From the NCBI GenBank assembly GCA_020441995.1, contig JAGRLC010000003.1:6208-70207 (forward strand): a DNA stretch of 64,000 nt, given 5' to 3'. This DNA comes from Rhodobiaceae bacterium (GTDB lineage: Bacteria > Pseudomonadota > Alphaproteobacteria > Rhizobiales > Tepidamorphaceae). The translations under genes were made by a program, and so were the position numbers. Within the stretch, counting starts at the first letter, position 1; each line of letters opens with the position of its first letter. The notes beneath the pieces were generated by a model. The model saw only the letters and a list, made by a program, of their open reading frames with translations. It searched no databases and was not told the DNA's origin. Below, piece after piece: positions 9,019 through 18,685 of this stretch.

Positions 9019-10122
9019 ATGAACGGTGTCGACGCAAACGTTGCGCTGCCGTTTCTGGGGCTAGGTGCGGGGATCGTGCTCGGTTATGTTGCGCGCGCAA
9101 ACCGCTTCTGCACCATGGCGGCGCTGGAGCAGCACTGGTATGGCAGGGAGTCCACGGGACTGCGCACCTGGGTGCTGGCGGGCGCGGTTGCGCTGGCCGC
9201 GACGCAGGCGTTGATTCATTTCGGCCTGATCGACATTTCCTCGTCCTTCTATCTTTCAAGCCAGTTCGGTCTGACCGGCGCAATTCTCGGCGGACTGATG
9301 TTCGGCTTCGGCATGGCGCTTGTCGGCATGTGCGGCTTCACCGCCGTGGTGCGGCTTGGGGGCGGAAACCTGCGCGCGCTGGTCGTGCTGCTGGTTCTGG
9401 GCCTGACGGCACTCTCCGCCCAGCGCGGGCTGCTGGGTCAGGCGCGCATCCTGATCGTTGACAATCTGGCGTTGGATTTGTCCGCTGCCGGCGACCAGTC
9501 CATAGGCAGTCTTTTGTCTTATGGTGTGGGGCTGGATGTGCGCTGGCTCGTTGCCGTTGCGATTACCGCGGCCGCGCTGCTCTGGGTGTTTACCGACAGG
9601 GATTACCGTTCAAAACGCGGGCAGATATTCACAGGTTGCGCCGTTGGTGGCGTGATTGCTTTCGGCTGGCTGGCAACCACCTGGGCGGCGAAGCATTCGT
9701 TCTATCCGGTGCAGCTTGAGGCGGGCTCCTTCGTCGTGCCGGTGGGGGATTCCATCATGCAGCTCGCCACCTACACAGGCACCATCCCCGATTATGGCGT
9801 CGGCCTGATTTTCGGCACGCTCGTCGGCGGTGCGCTTGCCGCCTGGCGGCGCAAGGAGGTGCGCTGGGAAGCCTGCGACGACGGACGCGAGCTGAGCCGG
9901 CACCTGGCCGGTGCGGCATTGATGGGCGTCGGCGGTGTCTTCGCCATGGGCTGCACAATCGGGCAGGGGATTACCGCCGTTTCCGCCATGGCTGTGTCGG
10001 CGCCTGTCGTCATTGTCTCGATCGCGGTTGGCGCCCGTATGGGGCTGGCGCATCTTGTCGAGGGTTCGGTTATGGCTGCGTTCCGCCGCAATGATGGCGG
10101 CGCGCATGCTCCCGCCGAATAG
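9019..10122 (+). CDS. YeeE/YedE family sulfur-compound transporter
   Basis: 'RFCT', 'GG.MFGFGM.L.G.CG', 'MG.GG..AMGCTIGQG' conserved Cys motifs in a multi-TM protein. Confidence 0.9.
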   Translation: MNGVDANVALPFLGLGAGIVLGYVARANRFCTMAALEQHWYGRESTGLRTWVLAGAVALAATQALIHFGLIDISSSFYLSSQFGLTGAILGGLMFGFGMALVGMCGFTAVVRLGGGNLRALVVLLVLGLTALSAQRGLLGQARILIVDNLALDLSAAGDQSIGSLLSYGVGLDVRWLVAVAITAAALLWVFTDRDYRSKRGQIFTGCAVGGVIAFGWLATTWAAKHSFYPVQLEAGSFVVPVGDSIMQLATYTGTIPDYGVGLIFGTLVGGALAAWRRKEVRWEACDDGRELSRHLAGAALMGVGGVFAMGCTIGQGITAVSAMAVSAPVVIVSIAVGARMGLAHLVEGSVMAAFRRNDGGAHAPAE

Positions 10123-10207
10123 CTGCTTCCTTCATCTGGAGGCTTGGCATGCCGCCGCACCCATGTAAGCTGCCGGCACGGTTTTGATATCTCAGGAGCG
10201 GCGACCC

Positions 10208-11005
10208 ATGAGCCAGGCGGCAGTGCAGCAGGACGAAGCGGAATTCCTTGTCTCGGAAATAAACGGGATTATCACCGCGAAGTTCAACCGCCCAAAAACC
10301 CGCAACGCGCTGACCTTTGCGATGTACGAGGGGATTGCCGACCTCTGTCAGAATGTGAAAGCGGACGGATCGGTCAAGGCGATCATCGTGACCGGCGTGG
10401 ACGAGAAGGCGTTTGCGGCGGGAACCGACATGGCCCAGTTCCGCAACTTCTCAACGCCGGAGGACGCCATCGGTTACGAAGACAAGATCGAGCGCGTGCT
10501 GACCGCGATCGAGACCTGCAAGGTGCCGACCATCGCGGCGATTTCCGGACCGTGCACCGGCGGCGGGGCGGGGATCGCGGTTGCCTGCGATCTCAGGATC
10601 GCAACATCCGATGCGCGCTTCGGGTTTCCTATCGCGCGCACGTTGGGGAATTGCCTGTCGATCAACAATTACGCGCGGCTGGTTTCACTGGTGGGGGCCG
10701 GGCGCGTCATGGACATGATTTTGATGGCGCGGCTCATCGGCGCCGAGGATGCGCAGGCCATCGGCCTGATTTCCGAGGTTCTGAGCGACCATACGGCGTT
10801 GATGGCGCGGGCAAACGAAATGGCCGAGACGCTCGGCGGGCATGCGCCGCTGACCATGCGGGCGACCAAGGAGGCGCTCCGGCGCATCAGAAAAGGCGAG
10901 CGCGAGGGCAGCGATTTCGTCGTTGAATGTTACACCAGCGCCGACTTCAAGGAAGGCATGGATGCCTTTCTCGGCAAACGCAAGCCGGAGTGGACGGGGC
11001 GCTAG
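10208..11005 (+). CDS. Enoyl-CoA hydratase/isomerase family protein
   Basis: 'NRP..RNAL', 'AFAAGTD', 'G.C.GGG..IA.ACDLRIA' and C-terminal 'DFKEG..AFL.KRKP.W.GR'. Confidence 0.92.
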   Translation: MSQAAVQQDEAEFLVSEINGIITAKFNRPKTRNALTFAMYEGIADLCQNVKADGSVKAIIVTGVDEKAFAAGTDMAQFRNFSTPEDAIGYEDKIERVLTAIETCKVPTIAAISGPCTGGGAGIAVACDLRIATSDARFGFPIARTLGNCLSINNYARLVSLVGAGRVMDMILMARLIGAEDAQAIGLISEVLSDHTALMARANEMAETLGGHAPLTMRATKEALRRIRKGEREGSDFVVECYTSADFKEGMDAFLGKRKPEWTGR

Positions 11006-11014
11006 GTTCCGGCT

Positions 11015-11440
11015 CTATTCCTTGGGTACCGGGCGCGGATTGCCGTCGTCGTCGATGGCCACGAAAATGAAGGCGGCCTCCGTCACTTTCTCGCGCACGT
11101 TTTCCTTGAACCGCCGCGCCCAGGCTTCGATGTGGATGCGCAGAGAGGTGCGGCCGATACGGTCGATGTCGGTATAGACGCACAGTACGTCTCCGACATG
11201 CACCGGACGGATGAAGGTCATCGCGTCGACGGCAACGGTTGCGACACGCCCTTGCGCACGCTCAACGCCGCGTATGCCGCCGGCCATGTCCATCTGCGAG
11301 AGAACCCAGCCGCCGAAGATGTCGCCGTTGGCATTGGTGTCCGCGGGCATGGCGATGGTGCGCACGGTCAGATCGCCGCGCGGTTCGCTCCCGGCACTCG
11401 TTGATTCATCCGCTGGCGTTTTCTTTTCCATCATCTTCAT
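11015..11440 (-). CDS. yciA: Acyl-CoA thioesterase (YciA-like hotdog fold)
   Basis: 'AMPADTNANGDIFGGWVLSQMD' and 'FVAIDDDGNPRPVP' motifs. Start could be 11440, 11434 or 11431. Confidence 0.9.
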   Translation of the reverse strand: MKMMEKKTPADESTSAGSEPRGDLTVRTIAMPADTNANGDIFGGWVLSQMDMAGGIRGVERAQGRVATVAVDAMTFIRPVHVGDVLCVYTDIDRIGRTSLRIHIEAWARRFKENVREKVTEAAFIFVAIDDDGNPRPVPKE

Positions 11441-12317
11441 TTCCAGTTTCCGGTGCCGCGACGGGGAGCGAGGCGCCGGTATCGGCTGCGGCCGGTTGCG
11501 TGGTCACTTTCACCAGCGTGGAAATCCCCTTCCCGGCCTTGATCGCCCGGGTGGATACCGCTTTCTGGAGATGCCGTAGATTTTCGGTCATGGCACTGCG
11601 GTCACTGACTGGATGCCACAAATGTAAAACACCCGTCGACAGCCGGCCATCCTTGGCCCGCACGCCCGCATTGGCGAGACGGACCGCGAGATCGGAATCC
11701 TCGAGACCCCATCCGACATAGGCGCCATCGAAACCATCGATGCGGATCAGATCTTCCCGCCAAGCCGCGAAGTTGCAGCCGCGCAGCCGCTGCCATCCAT
11801 ACCAGGGAAATTTGCGGAACGGGCCAAGCGGAACATTCAGAAACGGCAGGAGCCGGTTTATGCGCCCCCTGAGGCGGCTTGCGATCAGTGAAGGAATGGA
11901 TTTGGCCGACAGATCGATCTGGGTCTTGAGCACATGATCCGTGTATTGCTCGCTCAGAAGCGCCCGCTGGCCGAAGACGTAGTGACCGGGTTCCGCGAGC
12001 TTGCGGTGGCGGGCGATGAACTCGGGTCGTGGTACGCAATCGCCATCAAGGAAAATGATGTACTCGCCCTGTGCCTTGGCAATCGCGCGGTTTCGGATTG
12101 CGGCGGCACGAAAGCCACGGTCCGGCTGCCATATGCGCTGGATGGGCACGCCCAGTTTGCCATGCATGGAGTGGATGGCGTTGCTGGTTTTCACATCGGA
12201 GCCGTCATCCGCAATCAGAATTTCGAACTCGCGGTCCGTCTGCCGGCGCAAACCGTTCAGCACTGCAACGAGTGCGTCGGGCCGGTTGTAGGTTGCGATA
12301 ATGACTGAGATGAGCAT
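11406..12317 (-). CDS. Glycosyltransferase family 2 (with GalT C-terminal-like domain)
   Basis: 'SVIIATYN', 'ADDGS', 'FLDGDC' and 'GFD..Y.GWG.ED' motifs. Confidence 0.9.
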   Translation of the reverse strand: MLISVIIATYNRPDALVAVLNGLRRQTDREFEILIADDGSDVKTSNAIHSMHGKLGVPIQRIWQPDRGFRAAAIRNRAIAKAQGEYIIFLDGDCVPRPEFIARHRKLAEPGHYVFGQRALLSEQYTDHVLKTQIDLSAKSIPSLIASRLRGRINRLLPFLNVPLGPFRKFPWYGWQRLRGCNFAAWREDLIRIDGFDGAYVGWGLEDSDLAVRLANAGVRAKDGRLSTGVLHLWHPVSDRSAMTENLRHLQKAVSTRAIKAGKGISTLVKVTTQPAAADTGASLPVAAPETGNEDDGKENASG

Positions 12318-12332
12318 CGTGATCGCAAACCG

Positions 12333-13094
12333 TCAGGATTTGAGCCGCAGCTTCTGCCGCTGGATGAGCCAGGCTTTCATGTAACGGTAGTAACTGCCTT
12401 CCGCGTTCAGCACCGCGATCAGAAACCCTTCCTTGCCGTCGAGGAAGCCCAATTTCAGGAAATAGGCGCGAATGAACGACCAGGCTCCGTGGGTTACCCC
12501 TTCCCAGAACCTGACCCGGCGATCAGACGCGGCAATCCGTTCGGCGCTCAGAGTCGAATATCTGTCCGCCTTGCCGATCGCCGCTTCCAGGCTGCCCGTT
12601 GTCATATGGTCGATGTGTGTCTTCAAACGTCCCCTGGTGCCATCGAGAATCACGCGTTCATGGACCGCGTCATCGGAAAACCTGGCCTTGCCGCGACGGA
12701 ACAATCTGAGCTGATAGTCAGGATACCACCCACTGTAGCGCATGGGCTTGCCAAGGAATCGTGAAAGACGTGGCATTTCGTAGCCATCATACGCGCCTTT
12801 TTCGACAGCCAGAGCGATTTCGGCAGCAAGTTGCGCTGGAATACGCTCGTCGGCGTCAATGGAAAGCATCCAGTCTCCGGTTGCAAGTTCAAGGGCCGCG
12901 TTTTTCTGCCGGCCATAGCCGAGCCAGTCCTGATGCTCGACCCTTGCGCCGTGCTGCCGCGCAATGGCGCAGGTGTCATCGGTGCTGCCGCTGTCGAGGA
13001 CGATCCGTTCATTGCAAAATGCCACACTGTCGAGGCAATCGCCGATATTCGCGGCCTCGTTCAATGTAATGACGATCGCAGACAAGCGGGGCAT
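12333..13094 (-). CDS. Glycosyltransferase family 2, KdtX/WaaE-like LPS core glucosyltransferase
   Basis: 'IVITLNEA..I..CL.SV', 'DSGSTD', 'IDADE', 'VHE' and 'GFLDGKEG' motifs. Confidence 0.88.
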   Translation of the reverse strand: MPRLSAIVITLNEAANIGDCLDSVAFCNERIVLDSGSTDDTCAIARQHGARVEHQDWLGYGRQKNAALELATGDWMLSIDADERIPAQLAAEIALAVEKGAYDGYEMPRLSRFLGKPMRYSGWYPDYQLRLFRRGKARFSDDAVHERVILDGTRGRLKTHIDHMTTGSLEAAIGKADRYSTLSAERIAASDRRVRFWEGVTHGAWSFIRAYFLKLGFLDGKEGFLIAVLNAEGSYYRYMKAWLIQRQKLRLKS

Positions 13095-13163
13095 GATCGA
13101 TATGCTCTTCAGATTCGTCCCGGTTTCGTCATTTCCTTAGCCTCTATGGCTTATCGGACATTT

Positions 13164-13883
13164 TCAGGAAACCCAGTTTCCGCGAATCTCACGTAATATT
13201 TTTTTACGGATTGCTTCACGGTAGGCAGCGTAATCATTGGCGATTTCCACGAAAGCGCCTGGTCCGCCGATGACGTGGTTGCGGAAATAGTGATGCAGCC
13301 AATGGATCTCGTTCAGGATCGTCAGGCCGTTGATGGTGATGCCGGCTGCGACAGTGCGGTCGCGGGCATCATCGACACGTTCGCCCCGGTTATTGGTGCC
13401 GTCGCCGGAAATGTCGATGACATAGCGGTCCGCACGCACCGGTAAGCGCGCGAAGGCGTCGATTGCGGCGCCGATGGCGCCGGAAATTGATGTTGCCCCT
13501 TCCGCCGTCTGACGTTTCTGCTCACGAATGCGGGCGGCAAGCGCGAGCGCTTCTTCGGCATTGGAGACAGGCATCCATGGGACGGCGAAGACCTGACTTT
13601 CCTCTGACGACCACTGCACGACGGAGACCATGATGCGGCCATGTCGGTTGTTGGAGATGGCTTCCAGCACTTCGGGGTCGATCATCGCCTGCGCCGTACC
13701 GCGTACCTGAAGATCGAATTCGTTGCGGTCGACCGAATAGGAGCAGTCGATGGCCAGAACCAGCGCGAGATCCGCGCCATTTCCCTGGGCCTGGCCGTAA
13801 CTCTCCGGCCAGACGGCGAACGCCGCCACGACATGCAACGCAATGGCTGCCACTGAACGTCGCAGGGGTCCGGGAACTGGCAT
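13164..13883 (-). CDS. DUF1194 (VWA-like) secreted protein
   Basis: Signal peptide, 'LVLAIDCSYSVD' MIDAS motif, 'IDISGDG.NN.G', 'VIGGPGAFV' and 'RKKILREI'. Start is uncertain. Confidence 0.85.
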   Translation of the reverse strand: MPVPGPLRRSVAAIALHVVAAFAVWPESYGQAQGNGADLALVLAIDCSYSVDRNEFDLQVRGTAQAMIDPEVLEAISNNRHGRIMVSVVQWSSEESQVFAVPWMPVSNAEEALALAARIREQKRQTAEGATSISGAIGAAIDAFARLPVRADRYVIDISGDGTNNRGERVDDARDRTVAAGITINGLTILNEIHWLHHYFRNHVIGGPGAFVEIANDYAAYREAIRKKILREIRGNWVS

Positions 13884-14085
13884 GCCAGGAATGGTTACAG
13901 CTTTCCAGCCGTAATGGAAGTTGTTTGCCGTGAAAGGCCCTGTCAGCCATGCTTTGCCGCAAGGCACCCATGCCGGATGTATAATTGCGAAGAATCCTGA
14001 TGTTCGGGTGTTCAGTTTCCCGTCTCTATGGTGTTTGATCGCGGCACCGGCCAGACGGAATAACAACAAACCACGGTAGGCAATC

Positions 14086-15450
14086 ATGGCAATGGATTTC
14101 GACACGCTGAAGAAAGCGGTCGCCAATGGTGAGATCGACACGGTCAACGTGGCATTCGTGGACATGCAGGGGCGGCTGATCGGCAAACGCTTCCATGCCC
14201 GCCACTTCGTCGAAAAGGCGCATGACGAGACTCATGGCTGCGACTATCTGCTGGCCAATGATATCGACATGGAGCCGGTCCCCGGCTACCAGGCGGCAAG
14301 TTGGGAAAAGGGCTACGGCGACTTCGTCATCAAGCCGGATCTCGACACCATTACACCGACACCGTGGATGCCCGGTACGGTGACGATCCTTGCCGATGTG
14401 CTCGACCATCATCATCACGCGCCCGTGCCGCATTCTCCCCGCGCCATCCTGAAGAAGCAGGTCGAGCGCCTGGAAAAGATGGACATGAAGGCGTTTCTCG
14501 CCTCCGAGCTCGAGTTCTACCTGTTCGAGGAGAGCTACGAGCTTGCCCGCGAGATGGCCTATGCCGACCTGACCGCGGCGTCTCCCTACATCCAGGACTA
14601 CGTGATGTTCTCCACCGCCAAGGAAGAAGGCATCATGCGCCAGATCCGCAACGGTCTGGAGGCTGCCGGCATTCCGGTCGAGAATTCGAAAGGCGAGTGG
14701 GGGCCGGGGCAGGAGGAGATCAACGTCGAATATGCCGACGCGCTGGCCATGGCCGACCGGCATTCGCTGCTGAAGCAGTCGATCAAGGAGATCGCCTGGC
14801 TGAACGGCAAGGCCGTCACCTTCATGGCGAAGTGGAATTATGATCTCGCCGGCAATTCAAGCCACGTCCACTGTTCGCTGTGGGACGCCAAGGGCAAGAA
14901 GTCGCTGTTCCAGGACAAGAAAGATCCGCTCGGCATGTCCAAGCTGATGAAGCAGTTCGTCGCCGGGCAGCTCAAATACGCTGCCGAGTTCACCTACTTC
15001 CTTGCCCCTTACATCAACTCCTACAAGCGCTTCCAGGTCGGTACTTTCGCGCCCACCAACATCGTGTGGAGCCGCGACAACCGCACCGCAGGTTTCCGCC
15101 TGTGCGGGGAGAACTCAAAGGCGATCCGCATCGAGTGCCGCGTCGGCGGCGCCGATCTCAATCCCTATCTTGCCTTCGCGGCCCTTATCGCCGCCGGTCT
15201 GAAGGGCGTCGAAGACGAGTTGGAGCTTGAAGACCCGTTCTCGGGCGACGCCTATTTCGGCAAGAACCTGTCGCAGATTCCCGGAACGCTACGTGCGGCA
15301 ATTGAGAAGCTTGACGGCTCGGTCATGTTGCGCGACGCGTTGGGTGACGATGTGGTCAACCACTATGTTCACACCGCGCAGTGGGAGCAGGCCGAATATG
15401 ACCGCCGCGTCACCGACTGGGAGCTCAAGCGCGGCTTCGAAAGATACTAG
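14086..15450 (+). CDS. Glutamine synthetase-like gamma-glutamyl-amine ligase
   Basis: 'DMQGRLIGKR', 'ELEFYLF', 'GEWGPGQEEIN', 'TFMAK', 'H.H.S', 'DNRT.GFR' and 'RIECR'. First gene of an operon with ALDH and ADH. Confidence 0.9.
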   Translation: MAMDFDTLKKAVANGEIDTVNVAFVDMQGRLIGKRFHARHFVEKAHDETHGCDYLLANDIDMEPVPGYQAASWEKGYGDFVIKPDLDTITPTPWMPGTVTILADVLDHHHHAPVPHSPRAILKKQVERLEKMDMKAFLASELEFYLFEESYELAREMAYADLTAASPYIQDYVMFSTAKEEGIMRQIRNGLEAAGIPVENSKGEWGPGQEEINVEYADALAMADRHSLLKQSIKEIAWLNGKAVTFMAKWNYDLAGNSSHVHCSLWDAKGKKSLFQDKKDPLGMSKLMKQFVAGQLKYAAEFTYFLAPYINSYKRFQVGTFAPTNIVWSRDNRTAGFRLCGENSKAIRIECRVGGADLNPYLAFAALIAAGLKGVEDELELEDPFSGDAYFGKNLSQIPGTLRAAIEKLDGSVMLRDALGDDVVNHYVHTAQWEQAEYDRRVTDWELKRGFERY

Positions 15451-15476
15451 ATTCCTCATTCCATAGAGTGCATTCC

Positions 15477-16865
15477 ATGTCAGACACCGTGAAACTGATT
15501 TCGCCTGTTGACGGCTCGATCTATGCCGAGCGTTCGACCGCGAGCGACGCCGAAATCCAGTCCGCCATCAAGCGCGCCAATGCAGCCCAGGCCGAATGGG
15601 TCAATGTGCCCATTGCCGAGCGAGGCCGTTACTGCAAGGCGATGCTCGAGGCGATGGTCGCCATGAGCGATGAAGTCGTGCCTGAACTGGCCTGGCAGAT
15701 GGGCCGTCCGGTGCGTTTCGGCGGCGAGTTCGGCCCCTTCGCGGACCGCGTCAATTACATGACCGGGATCGCCGAGGAGGCGCTCAGCCCCCTGATGGTC
15801 GAGGACAGCGGCAGCTTCCGCCGCTATGTGAAGCGCGATCCGCTCGGTATCGTTTTCGTCATCGCGCCGTGGAACTATCCCTACATCACAGCGGTGAACA
15901 CCATCGTTCCGGCGCTGATGGCCGGCAGCGCGGTAATCCTGAAACATGCGGCGCAGACGCTGCTGGTCGGTGAACGCTTCCAGATGGCCTTCGACAAGGC
16001 CGGGCTTCCGGCTGGCCTGTTCCAGAACATCGTGCTGAGCCATGCCCAGACCGAGGCGCTGCTGGGGTCGGGCGCGATCGATCATTGCAACTTCACCGGC
16101 TCGGTTGCCGGCGGCAAGGTGATCGAGAAGGCGGCTGCGGGAACCTTTACTTCGCTCGGTCTGGAACTCGGCGGCAAGGACCCGGCTTACGTGCGCGCCG
16201 ACGCCAAGCTCGATCATGCCATCGAGAACCTCGTCGACGGCGCCTATTACAATTCCGGCCAGTGCTGCTGCGGCATTGAGCGCGTCTATGTCGACGAGAA
16301 GGTCTATGACGATTTCGTCGAAGGCTTTGCCGACCTGGCGCGCGGCTACGTGCTCGGCAGCCCGCTCGAGGAAGCAACCACGCTCGGACCGATGGCGCAG
16401 ACCAAGGGCGCCGATTTCGTGCGCCAGCAGGTCGCCGAAGCGGTGCGCGACGGTGCGACAGCCCATGTCGACACGTCCAAATTCGAGATGGACAAGCCCG
16501 GCTCGCCCTATATCGCGCCGCAGGTTCTGACCAACGTCAATCACCAGATGTCGGTGATGCGAGAGGAGAGCTTCGGTCCGGTCGTAGGCATCATGAAGGT
16601 CAAGGACGAGGCGGAAGCGATCCACTTGATGAACGACAGTCCTTACGGCCTGACGGCGTCGGTGTGGACCACGGATGTCGAGGCGGCAGCGCGTATCGGC
16701 GAGAAGATCGAGACCGGCACGGTTTATATGAACCGCTGCGACTATCTCGATCCCGCGCTTGTATGGACCGGCGTCAAGGACACGGGCCGGGGCGCTGCCC
16801 TTTCGCGCATCGGTTACGAGGTGCTGACGCGGCCGAAGTCCTTCCACCTGCGCATCGCAGTTTAA
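15477..16865 (+). CDS. Aldehyde dehydrogenase family protein
   Basis: 'PWNYP', 'FTGS', 'LELGGKDP', 'GQCC' and 'EESFGP' motifs. Confidence 0.95.
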   Translation: MSDTVKLISPVDGSIYAERSTASDAEIQSAIKRANAAQAEWVNVPIAERGRYCKAMLEAMVAMSDEVVPELAWQMGRPVRFGGEFGPFADRVNYMTGIAEEALSPLMVEDSGSFRRYVKRDPLGIVFVIAPWNYPYITAVNTIVPALMAGSAVILKHAAQTLLVGERFQMAFDKAGLPAGLFQNIVLSHAQTEALLGSGAIDHCNFTGSVAGGKVIEKAAAGTFTSLGLELGGKDPAYVRADAKLDHAIENLVDGAYYNSGQCCCGIERVYVDEKVYDDFVEGFADLARGYVLGSPLEEATTLGPMAQTKGADFVRQQVAEAVRDGATAHVDTSKFEMDKPGSPYIAPQVLTNVNHQMSVMREESFGPVVGIMKVKDEAEAIHLMNDSPYGLTASVWTTDVEAAARIGEKIETGTVYMNRCDYLDPALVWTGVKDTGRGAALSRIGYEVLTRPKSFHLRIAV

Positions 16866-16875
16866 ATTTGATTTC

Positions 16876-16919
16876 GCATTTCCGGACGGAAAACCGGCAT
16901 TCACTTTTCCCGGAAATGC
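16876..16919. repeat. Rhizobial-type palindromic intergenic repeat (RIME/BRU-RS-like)
   Basis: GCATTTCCGG-ACGGAAAACCGGCATTCACTTTTC-CCGGAAATGC, with 10-bp terminal inverted repeats and the internal AAAACCGG..CACTTTT pattern I recognise from Rhizobiales dispersed repeats. Confidence 0.7.
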
Positions 16920-16955
16920 TTTGGAAAACAAACTCCCCGCCTTATGGAGCAATCA

Positions 16956-18116
16956 ATGTCGCCTGTTGCCAACTGGAGCTACCCGACCGCCATCCGTATG
17001 GGTGAGGGCCGCATTTCCGAAATCGCCGACGCCTGCAAGGCTGCCGGCATTTCCAAGCCGCTGCTGATCACCGATGCGGGGCTTGCCCTCATGCCCATCA
17101 CCACCAAGACGCTTGACCTGATGGACAAGGCGGGGCTTGGCAGGGCGATCTTCTCCGACGTGAAGCCGAACCCGATCGACGCCAATATCGAGGCCGGCGT
17201 TGCCGCCTTCAAGGCGGGCGGGCATGACGGCGTCGTCGCCTTCGGCGGCGGCAGCGGGCTTGATGCGGCAAAGTGCGTTGCCTTCATGGCGGGCCAGACG
17301 CGGCCGATCTGGGATTTCGAGGACATCGGCGACTGGTGGACGCGCGCCGATCCGAACGGCATCGCGCCGGTCGTCGCGGTGCCGACGACGGCGGGTACGG
17401 GCTCGGAAGTCGGGCGCGCCGGTGTCGTCACCAATGAAGAGACCCACACCAAGAAGGTGATCTTTCATCCGCTGATGATGCCGAAGGTCGTGATCTGCGA
17501 TCCGGAACTGACGGCAGGCATGCCGGCGAAGATCACGGCGGGAACCGGCATGGATGCGCTCGCCCATTGCCTGGAAGCCTATTGCTCGCCGTTCTATCAC
17601 CCGATGTCGGCGGGTATCGGCGTTGAGGGCATGCGGCTGGTCAAGGATGCGCTGCCGCGCGCCTTCAAGGACGGCAATGATCTCGATGCGCGCGCCGACA
17701 TGATGTCGGCGGCTGCCATGGGCGCTGTCGCATTCCAGAAGGGGCTCGGTGCGATCCACTCGCTGTCGCACCCTGTGGGTTCGCTTTACGACACCCACCA
17801 CGGGCTGACGAATGCGGTGTTCATGCCCTACGTGCTGAAGTTCAACCGGGCCGAAATCGAGGAACGCATCGTTCGTCTCGCCGGCTATCTGGAGATCAAG
17901 GACCAGAGCTTCTCCGGTTTTCTCGACTGGGTGCTGGCGCTTCGCGAGGAACTCGCCATCCCGCACACGGTCAAGGATCTCGGCGTGCCGGACGACAAGG
18001 CCGATCTCATTGCCGAGATGGCCATCGTCGATCCGACGGCCGGCGGCAACCCGCGCGAACTGACCAAGGACGGTGCGCTGGAAATCTTCCGGAATGCCTA
18101 TGAAGGCAAGCTGTAA
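16956..18116 (+). CDS. Iron-containing alcohol dehydrogenase
   Basis: 'GGGS.LD.AK', 'PTTAGTGSE', 'GMDALAH..E', 'H.LSH' and 'HHG' motifs. Confidence 0.95.
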   Translation: MSPVANWSYPTAIRMGEGRISEIADACKAAGISKPLLITDAGLALMPITTKTLDLMDKAGLGRAIFSDVKPNPIDANIEAGVAAFKAGGHDGVVAFGGGSGLDAAKCVAFMAGQTRPIWDFEDIGDWWTRADPNGIAPVVAVPTTAGTGSEVGRAGVVTNEETHTKKVIFHPLMMPKVVICDPELTAGMPAKITAGTGMDALAHCLEAYCSPFYHPMSAGIGVEGMRLVKDALPRAFKDGNDLDARADMMSAAAMGAVAFQKGLGAIHSLSHPVGSLYDTHHGLTNAVFMPYVLKFNRAEIEERIVRLAGYLEIKDQSFSGFLDWVLALREELAIPHTVKDLGVPDDKADLIAEMAIVDPTAGGNPRELTKDGALEIFRNAYEGKL

Positions 18117-18131
18117 GGGCAGGCGGCGAAT

Positions 18132-18461
18132 CTAGTCGCTCTGCATCTTGCTCCACTCGGCCGCAAAATCGAGGCCGTGGACGCGGCGCATGCCGAAATC
18201 GGGATAGGCGCGCTTCGACACTTCCCGCTCTCCGGTGACAATGATGCCGGAGTGGCGGTTGTCGGAGCGGATTTCATTCATCAGCGACAGGATATTTTCC
18301 TTTTGTCCTTCAAGTATCTGGGCAAAATTCAGGCCGTTGAAACCGATGACACCGGTGATATTCAGGGCGTCGTTCTTCTTGCGGGCCCTGTCCACCAGAA
18401 TATCGACGGATTCATCGGTCATTTCCGGTGCGGCGGTGCTCATATACATGAGGCGGTACAT
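18132..18461 (-). CDS. Stand-alone BLUF blue-light sensor protein
   Basis: 'L.Y.S', 'N..LNITG', 'F.Q.LEG', 'D.RH' and 'R.YPDFGM' motifs. Confidence 0.9.
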   Translation of the reverse strand: MYRLMYMSTAAPEMTDESVDILVDRARKKNDALNITGVIGFNGLNFAQILEGQKENILSLMNEIRSDNRHSGIIVTGEREVSKRAYPDFGMRRVHGLDFAAEWSKMQSD

Positions 18462-18685
18462 GGGGGCGGCTCTTTCGTTCGCTTATTTCAGTGGGCGGTA
18501 AAATATCTACATCCGCCCAATCGTGCATATAAAAATGACATCCCGTGGCGTGAAAAAGTCTGAGTAACTTGAGGTGGCAATGCCAGCGCCTCTGCCGGAC
18601 AGGCGGCTATATATGCGCCAACCATAAGGCACCCTGACCCACGGGCGGACAGCCGCGCTTGAGCGCGGGTCCGCCCTTTGAGTTG

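Noticed and set aside
11406-13094. Glycosyltransferase pair as a horizontally acquired island
   Set aside because: Codon usage is only slightly different, with no integrase, tRNA, IS or flanking repeats.
15480-17966. Long antisense ORFs (490 and 337 aa) opposite ALDH and ADH, and similar ones at 31523-33115, 45056-46558 and 42754-44079
   Set aside because: They fully overlap well-supported genes on the other strand and are typical stop-poor antisense frames in high-GC DNA.
18643-18677. GC-rich hairpin downstream of the SDR gene as a terminator or sRNA
   Set aside because: No U-tract on the relevant minus strand and no other support, so its function cannot be assigned.
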